From positions 4,557 to 68,556 of the forward strand of contig CAMWIW010000007.1 in assembly GCA_947174415.1 (NCBI GenBank): DNA of 64,000 nucleotides, written 5' to 3'. Positions within the stretch are counted from its first letter, which is position 1; the number at the start of each line of letters is the position of its first letter. The position numbers were made by a program, and so were the translations under genes. Below the pieces are notes generated by a model. That model was given only the letters and a program-made list of their open reading frames with translations. It had not been told where the DNA came from and ran no database searches. The stretch comes from an uncultured Clostridia bacterium. Lineage in GTDB: Bacteria > Bacillota > Clostridia > Christensenellales > Borkfalkiaceae. Below are positions 62,382-64,000 of the stretch, one piece after another.

Positions 62382-63887
62382 ATGTCAGAAAAATTCCAAT
62401 CGAAAAGCGGGTTTATACTTGCAAGCATAGGCGCGGCGGTAGGTTTGGGCAACGCACTGCGCTTCCCCGGACTCTGCGCCAAATACGGCGGCGGTGCTTT
62501 TCTGTTAATTTATTCAGTTGCACTCGTCGCATTGGGTTTGCCCCTTTTAAACGCCGAAATCGCCTTAGGCAGAAAAATAAAGGGCGGCGCGCCCAAATGT
62601 ATGCTAAGCCTTAAAAGAAAAGGAGAAGGCTTCGGTTGGGCGGCTTGCATAAACTCCGTATTTACAGCGCTTATCTACGCGGGACTCGCAGGTTGGATAA
62701 TTGCAACAGCCGTAACCGCCGTTCCGATGTGCATCAGCGCTCCCACGCTCACCGACACCGAAATAAGCGGTTTTTTCTTCAACAATATTCTTAATGCAAG
62801 GGACGACGGTGTCATAAGCGGTTTTTCCTTCCTCGTTGCGGGTTGTATTCTCGTAGCGTGGATATTAATGTTTATTTGCCTTAAAGGCGGCGCTAAGTCG
62901 CTTTCCAAGGCAGCAAAGTTCACAGTGGCAATCCCGATAACCCTTTTAGTGTTTCTTGCAATACGCGGACTCTTGTACAATAACTCGAACCAAGCCCTCG
63001 CTGCGCTGTTCGTGCCAGATTTCTCGTGCTTTTCAAGTCCCGAACTTTGGCTTACCGCGTTGGGGCAGGTATTTTTCTCGCTTTCAATCGTCGTGGGGAT
63101 TATGCCCGCGTACGGTTCGTATCTTCCCGAAGGCACTGACATTTTCAAATGTTCGCTTGCCATAGCCGCGGCAGACTTCCTCGTTTCGGTGCTTGCGTCG
63201 GTGGTTCTGTTTACAACGCTCTACGGTTGCGGGCTGCAAAGCGAAATAGGCGCAAGCGGCATAATAACGGCGTTCGCCGTCTATCCCGTAGCAATAAGCC
63301 GTCTCTTCGGAAGCTGCACGGCGCTGAACGCGGCGGTGGGGGTACTGTTCTATTCCTCGCTTGCAATGATGGCAATCCAGTCCGCCGTATCGATGTTAGA
63401 GGCGTTTTTAAACCCTTATTCCGAACGTAGCGGCAAACGCAAAAAGCGCCTTGCCGTCCTCGTCTGTATTTGCGCCGCGCCCGTAACGCTGATTTTCGCT
63501 ACCACCGCCGCGCCAACGGTAGTGGACGTAAGCGACAGATTTATCAACTTTTACAACGTACTGATTTTGGGAATTGCCGAATGTCTTATTATCGGCACAA
63601 GCAAAAAAACAGGCGAACTCAGTGAAGAAATAAATAGATTCACAAAAAAATTAAAAATGCCCAAACGCGCGTTCGGGGTCTCCGTAAAATTTTTAAGCCC
63701 CGCCGTGCTCATCTCTCTCACGCTTTACGAAGCGGTCAGATTAATCGCAAACGGGCTCGGTTACCCCCTATGGCTGCAGCTTGCTTTTGGCTGGGGACTG
63801 AGTTTTGCGGTGTTCTCACTGCCCGCCTTTTTGGTAACGAAAATTACCCCCCGCAATATATGGCGTCGAAAAAAATTGCACCCGTAA
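62382..63887 (+). CDS. Sodium-dependent transporter, SNF (neurotransmitter:sodium symporter) family
   Basis: N-terminal motif GAAVGLGNALRFP, multi-TM. The last roughly 15 codons lie within repeat copies. Confidence 0.85.
   Translation: MSEKFQSKSGFILASIGAAVGLGNALRFPGLCAKYGGGAFLLIYSVALVALGLPLLNAEIALGRKIKGGAPKCMLSLKRKGEGFGWAACINSVFTALIYAGLAGWIIATAVTAVPMCISAPTLTDTEISGFFFNNILNARDDGVISGFSFLVAGCILVAWILMFICLKGGAKSLSKAAKFTVAIPITLLVFLAIRGLLYNNSNQALAALFVPDFSCFSSPELWLTALGQVFFSLSIVVGIMPAYGSYLPEGTDIFKCSLAIAAADFLVSVLASVVLFTTLYGCGLQSEIGASGIITAFAVYPVAISRLFGSCTALNAAVGVLFYSSLAMMAIQSAVSMLEAFLNPYSERSGKRKKRLAVLVCICAAPVTLIFATTAAPTVVDVSDRFINFYNVLILGIAECLIIGTSKKTGELSEEINRFTKKLKMPKRAFGVSVKFLSPAVLISLTLYEAVRLIANGLGYPLWLQLAFGWGLSFAVFSLPAFLVTKITPRNIWRRKKLHP
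63841..63873 (+). repeat. C5-ATATG dispersed repeat (forms the C-terminal tail of the SNF ORF)
   Basis: aaattaccccccgcaatatatggcgtcgaaaaa, encoding ITPRNIWRRK. Confidence 0.6.
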
Positions 63888-63910
63888 TATGCCCGATTGA
63901 AAATTTTCGG
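63873..63910 (+). repeat. C5-ATATG dispersed repeat (supplies the SNF stop codon)
   Basis: aaattgcacccgtaatatgcccgattgaaaattttcgg. The taa within cccgtaatatg is the stop at 63885-63887. Confidence 0.6.
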
Positions 63911-63915
63911 TTCAA

Positions 63916-63952
63916 AAACGCCGTCGGAATTTGCTTGTCCGCGGCGTTTTTT
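63916..63952 (+). terminator. Terminator after the SNF transporter gene
   Basis: Stem aaacgccg / cggcgttt followed by a T-run. Confidence 0.65.
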
Positions 63953-63995
63953 CAGTTCCCCCCGTAATATGTGGCAATAAAGCCTCAAAAACGCG
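63953..63995 (+). repeat. C5-ATATG dispersed repeat
   Basis: cagttccccccgtaatatgtggcaataaagcctcaaaaacgcg. Confidence 0.65.
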
Positions 63996-64000
63996 CTTTT

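Noticed and set aside
1-64000. A search for CRISPR arrays, rRNA genes, transposases/IS elements, additional tRNAs, T-boxes and riboswitches.
   Set aside because: No regularly spaced direct repeats were found, no rRNA-like or transposase-like ORFs, and only one tRNA-shaped sequence. The leaders of lysS, the ABC genes and the SNF gene are too short for T-box or riboswitch elements.

Overview
This looks like an origin-proximal chromosomal segment of a spore-forming Firmicute, probably Clostridia-like, given ypeB, yyaC and yaaT/ricT. GC content appears mid-40s by eye. Almost all genes to the right of about 9.3 kb are on the + strand. Gene content in order: ypeB (5' partial); two XRE-type modules; parB-parA-ftsH (-); a DnaA-box/parS-like cluster; yyaC; rsmG (-); a second DnaA-box/AT-rich cluster; dnaN with no dnaA; rpmH-rnpA-yidD-yidC-jag; GTP-PEPCK (-); greA-lysS; yaaO-like decarboxylase-tmk-holB-ricT; ferredoxin; yabB-like methyltransferase; M42 peptidase; ABC exporter; rsmI; mnmA (-); and tRNA-Arg(CCG) followed by a roughly 2.7 kb AT-rich islet. 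The islet holds a HEPN protein bracketed by a perfect 34-bp direct repeat, a lipoprotein and a small serine recombinase. After it come a starch/maltodextrin locus (three repeat-bearing lipoproteins including a GH13 amylase, LacI regulator, neopullulanase, MalEFG-type ABC system, an elongated MsmX-like ATPase, and glgP), then glpK, a RimK-like ATP-grasp cluster, nrdDG with NrdR boxes, dut, glcK, rex, an oversized RND transporter and an SNF transporter. The most unusual signal is a dense family of short dispersed repeats with core CCCCC-N-ATATG-GCC and an AAATAA-type tail. I found at least 21 copies. They sit on or just after stop codons, between cistrons of conserved operons, and in frame inside ORFs. 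Other points worth a second look are the oriC-like architecture without dnaA, the direct-repeat-flanked HEPN cassette, and a promoter-proximal terminator in the greA leader. No CRISPR array, rRNA gene or transposase was seen.
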